From: an uncultured Actinomycetota bacterium
GTDB lineage: Bacteria; Actinomycetota; Actinomycetes; Propionibacteriales; Nocardioidaceae
Reading direction: 5' to 3'
Length of the DNA stretch: 64,000 bases
Assembly: GCA_963750435.1 (NCBI GenBank)
Contig: CAVVQW010000008.1
Location: 20,844-84,843, forward strand
The number at the start of each line of letters is the position of its first letter. The stretch's first letter is position 1. The translations under genes and the position numbers were made by a program. Of this stretch, positions 43,206 through 52,885 are shown in pieces. The notes beneath the pieces were generated by a model, which saw nothing but the letters and a program-made list of their open reading frames with translations, searched no databases and had not been told where the DNA came from.

Positions 43206-44661
43206 TCAGGCCATCGCGTCGGAGTCGACCGGCACGAAGTCGACCTTCTCGCGCACGCCGCAGTCGGGGCAGCACCAGGAGTCCGGGACGTCGGCCCAGG
43301 CCGTGCCCGCCGCGAAGCCCTCGTGCTCGTCGCCGCGGGCCACCTCGTAGGTGTAGCCGCACCCGGGGCACCGGGCGGCCAGCACCTCCTGCTCGGCGGC
43401 GGCCTGCAGCGGCGGCGGCCTCGGCATCGGCCCGAGCCTGCGCGGCGGCGCGGCCCTCGGCGGCGTACCGCTCCAGGTAGGCCTCGCGCCGGCGCGGGCT
43501 CAGGTTGGCGAGCGTGACGTCGCCGTCGTAGTGGTGCAGCACGCGGGGGTCCATCACCCGGCGCCACAGCGGCGGCACCAGGGCCAGCACGATCATGCCG
43601 GCGTACCCCGTGGGCAGGACCGGGGACTCCTCGAAGTCGCGGAGGGTCTGGTAGCGGCGGGTGGGGTTGGCGTGGTGGTCGCTGTGCCGCTGCAGGTGGT
43701 AGAGGAGCACGTTGGTGGCGATGTTGTTGGAGTTCCAGCTGTGGCTCGGGTCGACCCGCTCGTAGCGCTGCCGGTGACCGACGCCCACCTTCTGGCGCAG
43801 CATGCCGTAGTGCTCCATGTAGTTGACGACCTCGAGCAGCGAGAAGCCGACGACCGCCTGCAGCACGAGGTAGGGCAGGATCCCGACGCCGAGCACGGCG
43901 ACCATCACCCCGAACAGCACCGCCGACATCACCCAGGCGTTGAGCACGTCGTTGCCGAGGCGGAACGGGTGCTGCTGCTTGCGGGCGTAGCGCCGCTTCT
44001 CCAGGCGCCAGGCGCTCGTCAGCGAGCCGACCACCGTGCGCGGCCAGAAGCGGTAGAAGGACTCGCCCAGGCGGCTGCTCGCGGGGTCCTCGGGGGTGGC
44101 GACGCGCACGTGGTGGCCGCGGTTGTGCTCGATGTAGAAGTGGCCGTAGAAGCTCTGCGCCAGCGCGATCTTGGACAGCCAGCGCTCGTGGCTCTCCTTC
44201 TTGTGGCCGAGCTCGTGCGCGGTGTTGATGCCGATGCCGCCGATGCAGCCGATCGAGGCGGCGATGCCGACCTTGTCCCACGTGTCGAGGGGGGCGACCC
44301 CCAGCCACTCGGGCCGGGCGATCCAGACGAAGGCGGCGACGAAGCCGACGTACTGGATCGGCAGGTAGGCGTAGGTGATCCAACGGTAGTAGCGGTCCTT
44401 CTCCAGGGCCTCGATCATGTCGTCCGGCGGGTTCGTGCGGTCCAGGCCGGCCACCAGGTCGATCGCCGGCACCACGACCAGGATGATGATCGGCCCGATC
44501 CACAGCCAGACGCTCCAGCCGGTGAGCTGGAAGGTCACGAAGGCGATCAGGGCCAGGGACGGCACCACCAGCCCGATCAGCCACAGGTAGCGCTTCTGGT
44601 CGGTCCAGCCGGCCGTCGAGCCCTGCGGGACGGTCGCGCTGCTGCCGGTGATGTCAGTCAT
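43206..44661 (-). CDS. alkB: Alkane 1-monooxygenase-rubredoxin fusion, single frameshift near 43405
   Basis: His boxes HELGH, EHNRGHH, NYMEHYG and LQRHSDHHA; rubredoxin CPGCG...CPDCG continues in the adjacent frame after an Ala-rich linker. Confidence 0.92.
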
Positions 44662-44675
44662 GAGGCCTCCGTCGC

Positions 44676-44760
44676 TTTACATCTGGGGACCAGATGTCAA
44701 AGGAATGGACACGACCGTAGCGTTTGTCCAAACGCTTGACAAGAGTTCCCCAGATGTAAA
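44676..44760. promoter_or_regulatory. Three operators T(T/G)(T/G)ACA-N13-TGT(C/A)(C/A)A at 30-bp period upstream of alkB
   Basis: TTTACA-N13-TGTCAA (44676), TGGACA-N13-TGTCCA (44706), TTGACA-N13-TGTAAA (44736); outer 17-bp perfect IR at 44673-44689 / 44747-44763. Confidence 0.8.
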
Positions 44761-44771
44761 GCGCGCGGTGG

Positions 44772-47666
44772 CTACTTCACGACGGTGAAGCCCGTCGTCG
44801 TCGTCGACGCCTGCGCGTCCGGCGTCCCGAGGTAGCGCACGACGAGGGTGTGCCGCCCCTTCTTCGTGTACGCCGGCAACGTCACGGTCGCGACCCCGTC
44901 GGCGACGGTGCCCGAGCCGAGCAGCCGGCGGCCCTCACGCACCTCGACCGCGCCCTCACCGATGGGGCCCACAGCCGCGCCCGCGACCCGGACCGTGACC
45001 ACGGGGCGATCGGCCTTGAACCGCACCGGGTCGGGGCTGACGCTCGCCGTGGTCGTCGTGGCGACCGGACCGGTCGCGAGCGCGAGGCCCACGAGCAGCG
45101 GGTCGTGGTCGGAGGACCGGTACGGGTCGGGCTGGTAGAAGTCGGTCGCGTTGTAGTTGAACCGGCTGTACTCCAGCGCCACGGACTCCACCGAGCTCAG
45201 GTTCCACACGTGCGCCCCGGTGACCGAGCGCATCGCCGCGGCGTTGCCGAGCACGTGGTCGAGCGAGCCGACGGTGCCGTCGAAGAGGTAGGTGTGCTCC
45301 TCGGGGTGCTCGTGCGAGCCGATGTCGGTCCAGCCCGCGGCGTACAACTCCTGGAGCGGGTCCTCCTGGGTGTAGGCGTTGAGGTCGCCGGAGAGGAACT
45401 GCCGCTCGGTGCCGAGCCGGGTCTCCATCTCGCGGGCGAACCGCACCAGCTCCCGGGCCTGCGCGACCCGCACCGGGTTGGCGTTGCCCTGGCCGGTGCC
45501 GTCGTCGACGCCGGAGCCCTTGGACTTGAAGTGGTTCACGATGACGGTGAAGCGGGAGTACTTCCCCGCCCCGACCGGCTCGAAGGCCTGGGCCAGCGGG
45601 TCGCGGGCGACGTCGAAGGCCGGCACGTCGTCGATCACCGACGGCCCGACGGGCTCGACGGCCGAGGCGCGGTAGACGAACGCGGTGCGGATGACGTCCT
45701 CGTCGGCCTGGTCACCGGCGGTGGCCGGGGTGGGGACGAAGCGCCAGGTGCCGGGGCCGGCCGCGGCGTTGAGGGCGTCGACCAGGGTGCTCACGGCGGC
45801 GTCGCGGTCCTGACCCAGCTTGGCGGAGTTCTCCACCTCCTCGAGCGAGACGACGTCGGCGCCGAGACCGTTGATCGCCGCGACGATCTTGGCCTGCTGG
45901 CGGGCGAGGTCCTCGTCCTCGGCGGCACCGCGGGGCCCGTCGCCGCCACCGGCGGTGGTGCAGGTGTTCACGGTGACCGGGTCGGCGGCGCGGTCCTTGT
46001 AGTACGTGCAGGACCCTCCGGCCGCGACCACGTCGGCCCCGGTGGTGGGGAAGTAGTTCAGCACGTTGAACGAGGCGATCCGGACGTTGCCGCCCACGGG
46101 CTCGGGCGCAGCGGTGCGGGTGTGGCCGAAGGTGACCGGCGGCGTGCCTGAGGCGGTCAGCTGGGCCGTGGGCTGCAGCCGCCAGGCGTCGAAGCGGTAC
46201 TCCAGCACGACCGGCGCGGTGAAGGTGGCGGGGGCGCCGACGCGGATCTGGTGGTCCTGGGTGAGGTAGGGCAGCGGCACGTCCTTGGCCGCGCCCAGGT
46301 AGTTGGCGGTCGCGCCGTCGTCCAGCGTCACCGCGCGGGCGGCGTTGTCGTCGCGGACCCGCGCGACCGCGGCGGCGTCCTGGGCGTCGGCGACCTCGGT
46401 GGGGGCCACGAGCGGGGTGGTGCCGGCCGCCAGGCCGATCTCGCCGTAGTTGTTCAGCGCGTAGTTGTCGGCCACGGTGAACGGCCCCTGCGGCGCGATC
46501 AGCATGCCCTCCAGCGACTCGCGGCCCGCCTCGGTGCGGGGCACCGCGACCGCGGCCGGCGTCACGGCGGCGGGGGTGTCGAGCACGGTCACGTCGGTCG
46601 AGGTCGGGGTGATCTCGGTGCTCCCCTGGAACTCGCTGACCTTGCCGGTGACCCGCACGTGGTCACCGGGTGCGACCCGCGCGGTCGCGGCCGAGCCGTA
46701 GACCAGGACCGCGTCGGAGGCGGTGTGCGTGGCCGGGTCGAGGTCGCCGCCGGTGCCGGCGGTCTGCAGGTAGAAGCTGTTGAAGCCACCCGTCGGGTAC
46801 GCCGCGGTGACCACGCCGGTCGTGGTGACGGCCTGGCCGGCGTACGGCGAGGTCGGGCCGGTGCCCTGGACCTCGGCGATGGTGCGCTCGACCGGAGCAG
46901 GATCGGTGGGCGGGTCCGTCGGCGGGTCGGTGGGCGGATCGGTCGGCGGATCCGTGGGGCCGGAGGCCGAGGGCGTCGGGGTGCCGGCGGCGGTGACCAG
47001 GTCGGCGGAGTTGTCGTCGGTGTCGACACCGGCCGCCGAGCGGTTGGCCGAGGTGGTCGTCGACGTGCCCGGCGCGGGCGCCTTCTCGAAGGTGTTGGTC
47101 GCGCCGTAGCCGACGAGGTCGAGCACGGCCGGGTCACCGGTGAGCGAGCCGGTGGGCGGCGCGCCGAGGGCGGCGGTCCGCGCGGCCAGGAACACCGTGC
47201 CGGCGGTGCCGGACATGGCGATGCTGCCCTCGACGTCGGGCGTCGGCACGGCCGCACCCGCGGTGCCCTTGCCCTCGCCGACGAGGAAGTGGCCGTGGGC
47301 CTGGATGGTCCCGCTGAGCACGGTGACCCCGGTGGGGCTCGCGGTGCCGCCGGACGAGCGGTACTGGACCGAGGTGCCGGCCAGGTCGACCGCGGCCGAG
47401 GTCGGGTTGTAGAGCTCGACGTAGTCACGGGCGAGCGCCGAGGAGGCGCTGCCGCCCCCGCCGTACACCTCGGAGATCACCACCTGGGAGGCGTCGGTCG
47501 CGGCGAGCGCGGGCGTCGCGGCGAGCAACGGCACCAGCCCGGTGACGGCGACGGCCCCGGCGGCGAGGCAGCGGCGCCAGGTGGGCGTCGAGATGGGCCC
47601 GGACACGGGCCCAGACGTGGGCCCGGACGTGGGCCCGGAGACGGGCAGGGCAGGACGGATCGACAT
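44772..47666 (-). CDS. ExeM/NucH family extracellular endonuclease (lamin-tail + OB + EEP + Ig-like domains)
   Basis: Signal peptide, VVISEVYGGG, IASFNVLNYF, NHFKSKGS, GDLNAY, GSLDH and SSDHDP motifs; TDPP linker repeats. Confidence 0.92.
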   Translation of the reverse strand: MSIRPALPVSGPTSGPTSGPVSGPISTPTWRRCLAAGAVAVTGLVPLLAATPALAATDASQVVISEVYGGGGSASSALARDYVELYNPTSAAVDLAGTSVQYRSSGGTASPTGVTVLSGTIQAHGHFLVGEGKGTAGAAVPTPDVEGSIAMSGTAGTVFLAARTAALGAPPTGSLTGDPAVLDLVGYGATNTFEKAPAPGTSTTTSANRSAAGVDTDDNSADLVTAAGTPTPSASGPTDPPTDPPTDPPTDPPTDPAPVERTIAEVQGTGPTSPYAGQAVTTTGVVTAAYPTGGFNSFYLQTAGTGGDLDPATHTASDAVLVYGSAATARVAPGDHVRVTGKVSEFQGSTEITPTSTDVTVLDTPAAVTPAAVAVPRTEAGRESLEGMLIAPQGPFTVADNYALNNYGEIGLAAGTTPLVAPTEVADAQDAAAVARVRDDNAARAVTLDDGATANYLGAAKDVPLPYLTQDHQIRVGAPATFTAPVVLEYRFDAWRLQPTAQLTASGTPPVTFGHTRTAAPEPVGGNVRIASFNVLNYFPTTGADVVAAGGSCTYYKDRAADPVTVNTCTTAGGGDGPRGAAEDEDLARQQAKIVAAINGLGADVVSLEEVENSAKLGQDRDAAVSTLVDALNAAAGPGTWRFVPTPATAGDQADEDVIRTAFVYRASAVEPVGPSVIDDVPAFDVARDPLAQAFEPVGAGKYSRFTVIVNHFKSKGSGVDDGTGQGNANPVRVAQARELVRFAREMETRLGTERQFLSGDLNAYTQEDPLQELYAAGWTDIGSHEHPEEHTYLFDGTVGSLDHVLGNAAAMRSVTGAHVWNLSSVESVALEYSRFNYNATDFYQPDPYRSSDHDPLLVGLALATGPVATTTTASVSPDPVRFKADRPVVTVRVAGAAVGPIGEGAVEVREGRRLLGSGTVADGVATVTLPAYTKKGRHTLVVRYLGTPDAQASTTTTGFTVVK

Positions 47667-47803
47667 GGGGCTCCTCGAGAACGTGCACAGAACGGACACA
47701 GCCGAGGACCTTCCTACCCCGTGGACGTGACCGGTGGCAGCCCGCGCGGCTAACAGTCGTGCAACGGTCCCCGTCGGCGACGCGTGGCGATAGGTTGGCG
47801 GGC

Positions 47804-48547
47804 ATGGCAGACCCGATCGGCATCGACTTCGGCGGCAGCGGCATCAAGGCCGCGCCCGTCGACCTGAAGACCGGTGAGTTCTCGGCCGAGCGCGAGCGCA
47901 TCGACACCCCCGAGAAGTCCACCCCGAAGAACGTCGCGGAGGTGATGGCCGAGCTGTTGGAGAAGTTCGACGACCAGAAGTCACCCGTGGGCGTCACCGT
48001 GCCGGGGGTGGTCCGCAAGCGCGGCGTCATCGGCTCGGCGGCCAACATCGACAAGTCGTGGATCGGCACCGACGCCGACGACCTGCTCAGCGACGCGCTG
48101 AAGCGGGAGGTGCACGTCATCAACGACGCCGACGCCGCCGGCCTCGCCGAGGTGAGGTACGGCGTGGCGCGCGGCCGCGAGGGCCTGACGATCGTGACGA
48201 CGCTGGGCACGGGCATCGGCTCGGCCCTGCTGTACGACGGCGTGCTGGTGCCGAACTCCGAGCTCGGCCACCTCGAGGTCGACGGCCACGACGCCGAGAG
48301 CAAGGCCGCCAACTCGGCCCGCAAGAGCGAGGGCCTCAGCTGGGAGGAGTGGGCCGAGCGGCTCACGGCGTACTACCGGACGCTGGAGAAGCTCTTCTCC
48401 CCCGACCTGATCGTCATCGGCGGCGGCGTCAGCAAGCACGCCCAGGAGTTCGTCCCGCTGATCGACGTGCACACCGAGATCGTCTCGGCCACCCTCCGCA
48501 ACACCGCCGGCATCGTCGGCGCCGCGGTCCTCGCCAGCGAGAGCTGA
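47804..48547 (+). CDS. ppgK: Polyphosphate glucokinase (copy 1)
   Basis: GIDFGGSGIK, AANIDKSW, NDADAAGLAE, TLGTGIGSA, NSELGH and IGGGVSK motifs. Confidence 0.92.
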   Translation: MADPIGIDFGGSGIKAAPVDLKTGEFSAERERIDTPEKSTPKNVAEVMAELLEKFDDQKSPVGVTVPGVVRKRGVIGSAANIDKSWIGTDADDLLSDALKREVHVINDADAAGLAEVRYGVARGREGLTIVTTLGTGIGSALLYDGVLVPNSELGHLEVDGHDAESKAANSARKSEGLSWEEWAERLTAYYRTLEKLFSPDLIVIGGGVSKHAQEFVPLIDVHTEIVSATLRNTAGIVGAAVLASES

Positions 48548-48565
48548 GCGGCCAGGCCGCACGTC

Positions 48566-48680
48566 GGTTGAGCAGGGCCGCGCCGTACGCCGGTTGAGCA
48601 GGGCCGAAGGCCCGTCGTCGATACCAATGGACGCACACGCCCAGGTTTCGACGACGGTCGCCAGGGCGACCTGCTCAACC
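48566..48680. repeat. REP doublet (REPIN-like) between convergent genes
   Basis: Partial and full forward units (48566, 48592) and an inverted variant with a different hairpin (48644-48680). Confidence 0.85.
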
Positions 48681-48717
48681 GACGAAACGGACGATGCTCG
48701 ACGAAGGAACCGGGAGC

Positions 48718-49746
48718 TCAGTCGCCCATCGTGTCGGCCCAGAGGTTCACGCCGGAGTCGACGGCGTGCTCGTCGATGGCCTTGAGCTCCTCGTCGGTCA
48801 GGGCGGGGGCGTCGAGGGCGTCGAGGTTGGTGTCGAGCTGGGCCACCGACGAGGCGCCGATGACCGCGGAGGTGACGCGGCGGTCGCGGAGCACCCACTG
48901 CAGGGCGAGCTGGGCGAGCTGCTGGCCGCGCTGCTCGGCGATGGCGTTGAGCGCCCGCACCCGCGTCAGCACGTCGTCGTCGAGCCCGGCCAGCGTGGAG
49001 TCGTCGCGGGCGGCGCGCGAGTCGGCCGGCACCCCGTCGAGGTACTTGCCGGTGAGCAGGCCCTGCGCGAGGGCGGTGAACACGATGCAGCCCATGCCCT
49101 GCTCCTCGAGCTCGTCGAGGAGGCCGTGCTCGATCCAGCGGTTGAGCATGGAGTACGACGGCTGGTGGATCAGCAGCGGCGTGCCGAGCTCGCGGGCGAT
49201 CGTGGCGGCCTCGCGGGTCTTCTCGGCGTTGTACGACGAGATCCCGACGTACAGCGCGCGGCCGGAGCGCACGGCGGTGTCCAGCGCCATCATCGTCTCC
49301 TCGACGGGGGTGTCGCTGTCGAAGCGGTGGCTGTAGAAGATGTCGACGTAGTCCACGCCGATGCGGGCCAGCGACTGGTCGAGCGAGGCCAACATGTACT
49401 TCCGCGAGCCGCCGCCCTGGCCGTAGGGCCCCGGCCACATGTCCCAGCCCGCCTTGGTCGAGATCACCAGCTCGTCGCGCAGTCCGGCGAAGTCGTCGGC
49501 GAGGTAGCGGCCGAAGTTCTCCTCGGCGCGGCCGTACGGCGGGCCGTAGTTGTTGGCCAGGTCGAAGTGCGTCACGCCGCGGTCGAAGGCGCGGCGCAGG
49601 ATCGCGCGCTGGGTCTCCTCGGGCCGGTCGGTCCCGAAGTTCTGCCACAGCCCGAGCGAGAGCGGCGGCAGCTGCAGGCCACTGCGGCCGCAGTGGCGGT
49701 AGTCCGTGGAGTCGTAGCGGTCGGACGCGGGCTCGTAGTCGCTCAT
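48718..49746 (-). CDS. Aldo/keto reductase, L-glyceraldehyde-3-phosphate reductase (YghZ/MgrA-like), copy 1
   Basis: LSLGLWQNFG, THFDLANNYGPPYG, STKAGWDMWPGPYG and IHQPSYSMLNR motifs. Confidence 0.92.
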   Translation of the reverse strand: MSDYEPASDRYDSTDYRHCGRSGLQLPPLSLGLWQNFGTDRPEETQRAILRRAFDRGVTHFDLANNYGPPYGRAEENFGRYLADDFAGLRDELVISTKAGWDMWPGPYGQGGGSRKYMLASLDQSLARIGVDYVDIFYSHRFDSDTPVEETMMALDTAVRSGRALYVGISSYNAEKTREAATIARELGTPLLIHQPSYSMLNRWIEHGLLDELEEQGMGCIVFTALAQGLLTGKYLDGVPADSRAARDDSTLAGLDDDVLTRVRALNAIAEQRGQQLAQLALQWVLRDRRVTSAVIGASSVAQLDTNLDALDAPALTDEELKAIDEHAVDSGVNLWADTMGD

Positions 49747-49836
49747 GGGTCCATTGTGCCCACCCGTGGCCATCCCATCCGTAGGCCGCCCGCAGCGGTC
49801 GGCGACGCCTCGGGGCGGCGTACTACCGTCGGACCC

Positions 49837-51036
49837 ATGCCGGCCACCCGAGTCCTCCCCACCGAGGAGGCCACCGCCCTGATCGAGCTCGTCCGCGACA
49901 TCGCCAACCGCGAGCTGCTGCCCGCCGTGACCGAGGCCGAGGCCACCGAGACCTTCCCGCGCGAGGTCTTCCGCACGCTCGGTCGGGCCGGCCTCCTCGG
50001 GCTGCCGTACGCCGAGGAGCTGGGCGGCGGCGGGCAGCCCTACGAGGTCTACCTGCAGGTCGTCGAGGAGATCGCGAGCGTCTGGGCCAGCGTCGGCGTC
50101 GGGGTCTCGGTGCACGCGCTGTCCTGCTTCGGCCTGGACACCGCCGGCACCAAGGAGCAGAAGCAGCGCTGGCTGCCCGACATGCTCGGCGGCGAGCTGC
50201 TCGGCGCCTACTGCCTGTCCGAGGCCCACGCCGGCTCCGACCCCTCGGCGATGCGCACGCGGGCTCGTCGCGACGGTGACGACTACGTCATCGACGGCGC
50301 CAAGGCCTGGACCACCCACGGCGGCCACGCCGACTTCTACAAGGTGATGGCGCGGACCTCCGGCCCTTCGACAGGCTCAGGAACCGGGAGCGGCATCTCC
50401 TGCTTCCTGGTGGCGGCCGACTCCCCCGGCCTGGAGGCCGACACCCCCGAGCGCAAGATGGGGCTGACCGGCTCGGCCACCGCGACGATGCGCTTCGACG
50501 ACGTGCGGGTGCCCGCCGACCGGCTGCTCGGTCACGAGGGTGACGGCCTGAAGATCGCGCTGGCGGGCCTGGACTCCGGCCGCCTCGGCATCGCGGCCGT
50601 CGCCGTCGGGCTCGGTCAGGGCGCGATCGACCACGCGGTCGCCTACGCCCGCGAGCGGGAGCAGTTCGGCAAGAAGATCATCGACTTCCAGGGCCTGGCC
50701 TTCCTGCTGGCCGACATGGAGGCGGCCGTGCAGAGCGCCCGGGCGACGTACCTCCACGCCGCCCGTCTCAAGGACCGCGGCCTGCCCTTCTCGCGCGAGG
50801 CCTCGATCGCCAAGCTGGTCGCCACCGACGCCGCGATGAAGGTGACCACCGACGCCGTGCAAGTGCTCGGCGGCTACGGCTACACCCGTGACTTCCCGGT
50901 CGAGCGCTTCATGCGCGAGGCCAAGGTGACCCAGATCTTCGAGGGCACCAACCAGATCCAGCGCATGGTGATCAGCCGCTCGATGGCCAAGAGCAGCGGC
51001 GGCGACCTGCACACCGACCCCCAGGAGACCCGATGA
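49837..51036 (+). CDS. Acyl-CoA dehydrogenase, copy 1
   Basis: YCLSEAHAGSD, KAWTTHG, VQVLGGYGY and QIFEGTNQIQ motifs. Confidence 0.94.
   Translation: MPATRVLPTEEATALIELVRDIANRELLPAVTEAEATETFPREVFRTLGRAGLLGLPYAEELGGGGQPYEVYLQVVEEIASVWASVGVGVSVHALSCFGLDTAGTKEQKQRWLPDMLGGELLGAYCLSEAHAGSDPSAMRTRARRDGDDYVIDGAKAWTTHGGHADFYKVMARTSGPSTGSGTGSGISCFLVAADSPGLEADTPERKMGLTGSATATMRFDDVRVPADRLLGHEGDGLKIALAGLDSGRLGIAAVAVGLGQGAIDHAVAYAREREQFGKKIIDFQGLAFLLADMEAAVQSARATYLHAARLKDRGLPFSREASIAKLVATDAAMKVTTDAVQVLGGYGYTRDFPVERFMREAKVTQIFEGTNQIQRMVISRSMAKSSGGDLHTDPQETR
50362..50385. repeat. REP-family element inserted in-frame in the ACAD (also 54682-54705)
   Basis: GGCCCTTCGACAGGCTCAGGAACC encodes GPSTGSGT with rare A/T-ending codons. 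Confidence 0.7.
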
Positions 51037-52073
51037 GCCCCACCGACCCGACCCGCAAGCCCTCCCTGGCCGGCTTCGGCCCGGGCGACCTGCCCGACCT
51101 GAGCGGCACCCGCGCGGTCGTGACCGGCGCCAACTCCGGCATCGGCTTCCACACCGCCAAGGCGCTGGCCGAGCACGGAGCCGAGGTCGTGCTCGCGTGC
51201 CGCAACCTCGACTCCGCGCGCGCCGCGCAGGTCAAGCTGCCCGGCCACACCGACGTGCAGGAGCTCGACCTGGCCTCGCAGAAGTCGGTGACCACCTTCG
51301 CCGACCGGTTCGAGGGACCCCTCGACCTGCTCGTCAACAACGCCGGGGTGATGACCCCGCCGCGCTACCGCTCCACCGAGGACGGCCACGAGCTGCAGTT
51401 CGGCACCAACCACCTCGGCCACTTCGCGCTCGCCGGCCTGCTGCTGCGCCACCTGCTCGAGGCGTCCGCGCCCCGGATCGCGGTCGTCTCCTCGATCGCC
51501 CACCACCGCGGCGACGAGCGGGTGCTCGAGGGCAACCCCGAGGCGACGTACAACGCCAACCGCGACTACGGCCAGTCCAAGCTGGCCAACCTGCTCTTCG
51601 CCTTCGAGCTGCAGCGTCGCGCCGACGCGGCCGCCAGCCCGCTGGTCGTGGCCTCGGCGCACCCCGGTGTCTCCAACACCAACCTGGTCACCTCGCCCGA
51701 CGGCATGGGCGCCCTGCCCGGCGTACGCCGGATCGCGCCGCTGGTGATGCCGCTGGTCCTCCAGTCCTCGGCCGCCGGCGCGAACCCCACGCTGTGGGCC
51801 TCGACGTACGCCGAGCCCGGCTCCTACGTCGGCCCCACCCGCCTGGCGGAAAGCCGCGGCCGCCTCGGCACCGCCAAGCTCAGCCGCCACGCCCGCGACG
51901 AGGACCTCGCCCGCCGCCTGTGGACGCTGTCGGAGGAGAAGACGGGCGTCACCTTCGACTTCGGGCAGGGCAGGACGGATCGACATGGGGCTCCTCGAGA
52001 ACGTGCACAGAACGGACACAGCCGAGGACCTTCCTACCCCGTGGACGTGACCGGTGGCAGCCCGCGCGGCTAA
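51033..52073 (+). CDS. SDR oxidoreductase (retinol-DH-like), copy 1, with a 36-aa tail created by the duplication junction
   Basis: TGANSGIG, NNAGVM and YGQSK motifs; protein identical to copy 2 up to VTFDF, then reads through the junction. Confidence 0.88.
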   Translation: MSPTDPTRKPSLAGFGPGDLPDLSGTRAVVTGANSGIGFHTAKALAEHGAEVVLACRNLDSARAAQVKLPGHTDVQELDLASQKSVTTFADRFEGPLDLLVNNAGVMTPPRYRSTEDGHELQFGTNHLGHFALAGLLLRHLLEASAPRIAVVSSIAHHRGDERVLEGNPEATYNANRDYGQSKLANLLFAFELQRRADAAASPLVVASAHPGVSNTNLVTSPDGMGALPGVRRIAPLVMPLVLQSSAAGANPTLWASTYAEPGSYVGPTRLAESRGRLGTAKLSRHARDEDLARRLWTLSEEKTGVTFDFGQGRTDRHGAPRERAQNGHSRGPSYPVDVTGGSPRG

Positions 52074-52123
52074 CAGTCGTGCAACGGTCCGCGTCGGCGA
52101 CGCGTGGCGATAGGTTGGCGGGC

Positions 52124-52867
52124 ATGGCAGACCCGATCGGCATCGACTTCGGCGGCAGCGGCATCAAGGCCGCGCCCGTCGACCTGAAGACCGGTGAGTT
52201 CTCGGCCGAGCGCGAGCGCATCGACACCCCCGAGAAGTCCACCCCGAAGAACGTCGCGGAGGTGATGGCCGAGCTGTTGGAGAAGTTCGACGACCAGAAG
52301 TCACCCGTGGGCGTCACCGTGCCGGGGGTGGTCCGCAAGCGCGGCGTCATCGGCTCGGCGGCCAACATCGACAAGTCGTGGATCGGCACCGACGCCGACG
52401 ACCTGCTCAGCGACGCGCTGAAGCGGGAGGTGCACGTCATCAACGACGCCGACGCCGCCGGCCTCGCCGAGGTGAGGTACGGCGTGGCGCGCGGCCGCGA
52501 GGGCCTGACGATCGTGACGACGCTGGGCACGGGCATCGGCTCGGCCCTGCTGTACGACGGCGTGCTGGTGCCGAACTCCGAGCTCGGCCACCTCGAGGTC
52601 GACGGCCACGACGCCGAGAGCAAGGCCGCCAACTCGGCCCGCAAGAGCGAGGGCCTCAGCTGGGAGGAGTGGGCCGAGCGGCTCACGGCGTACTACCGGA
52701 CGCTGGAGAAGCTCTTCTCCCCCGACCTGATCGTCATCGGCGGCGGCGTCAGCAAGCACGCCCAGGAGTTCGTCCCGCTGATCGACGTGCACACCGAGAT
52801 CGTCTCGGCCACCCTCCGCAACACCGCCGGCATCGTCGGCGCCGCGGTCCTCGCCAGCGAGAGCTGA
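52124..52867 (+). CDS. ppgK: Polyphosphate glucokinase (copy 2)
   Basis: Same sequence as 47804-48547. Confidence 0.9.
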   Translation: MADPIGIDFGGSGIKAAPVDLKTGEFSAERERIDTPEKSTPKNVAEVMAELLEKFDDQKSPVGVTVPGVVRKRGVIGSAANIDKSWIGTDADDLLSDALKREVHVINDADAAGLAEVRYGVARGREGLTIVTTLGTGIGSALLYDGVLVPNSELGHLEVDGHDAESKAANSARKSEGLSWEEWAERLTAYYRTLEKLFSPDLIVIGGGVSKHAQEFVPLIDVHTEIVSATLRNTAGIVGAAVLASES

Positions 52868-52885
52868 GCGGCCAGGCCGCACGTC

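Noticed and set aside
48694-49836. N-terminal extension making a 780-aa acyl-CoA dehydrogenase (also 53008-54156)
   Set aside because: The extension is the antisense of the AKR gene; the real start is the ATG at 49837 (54157 in copy 2).
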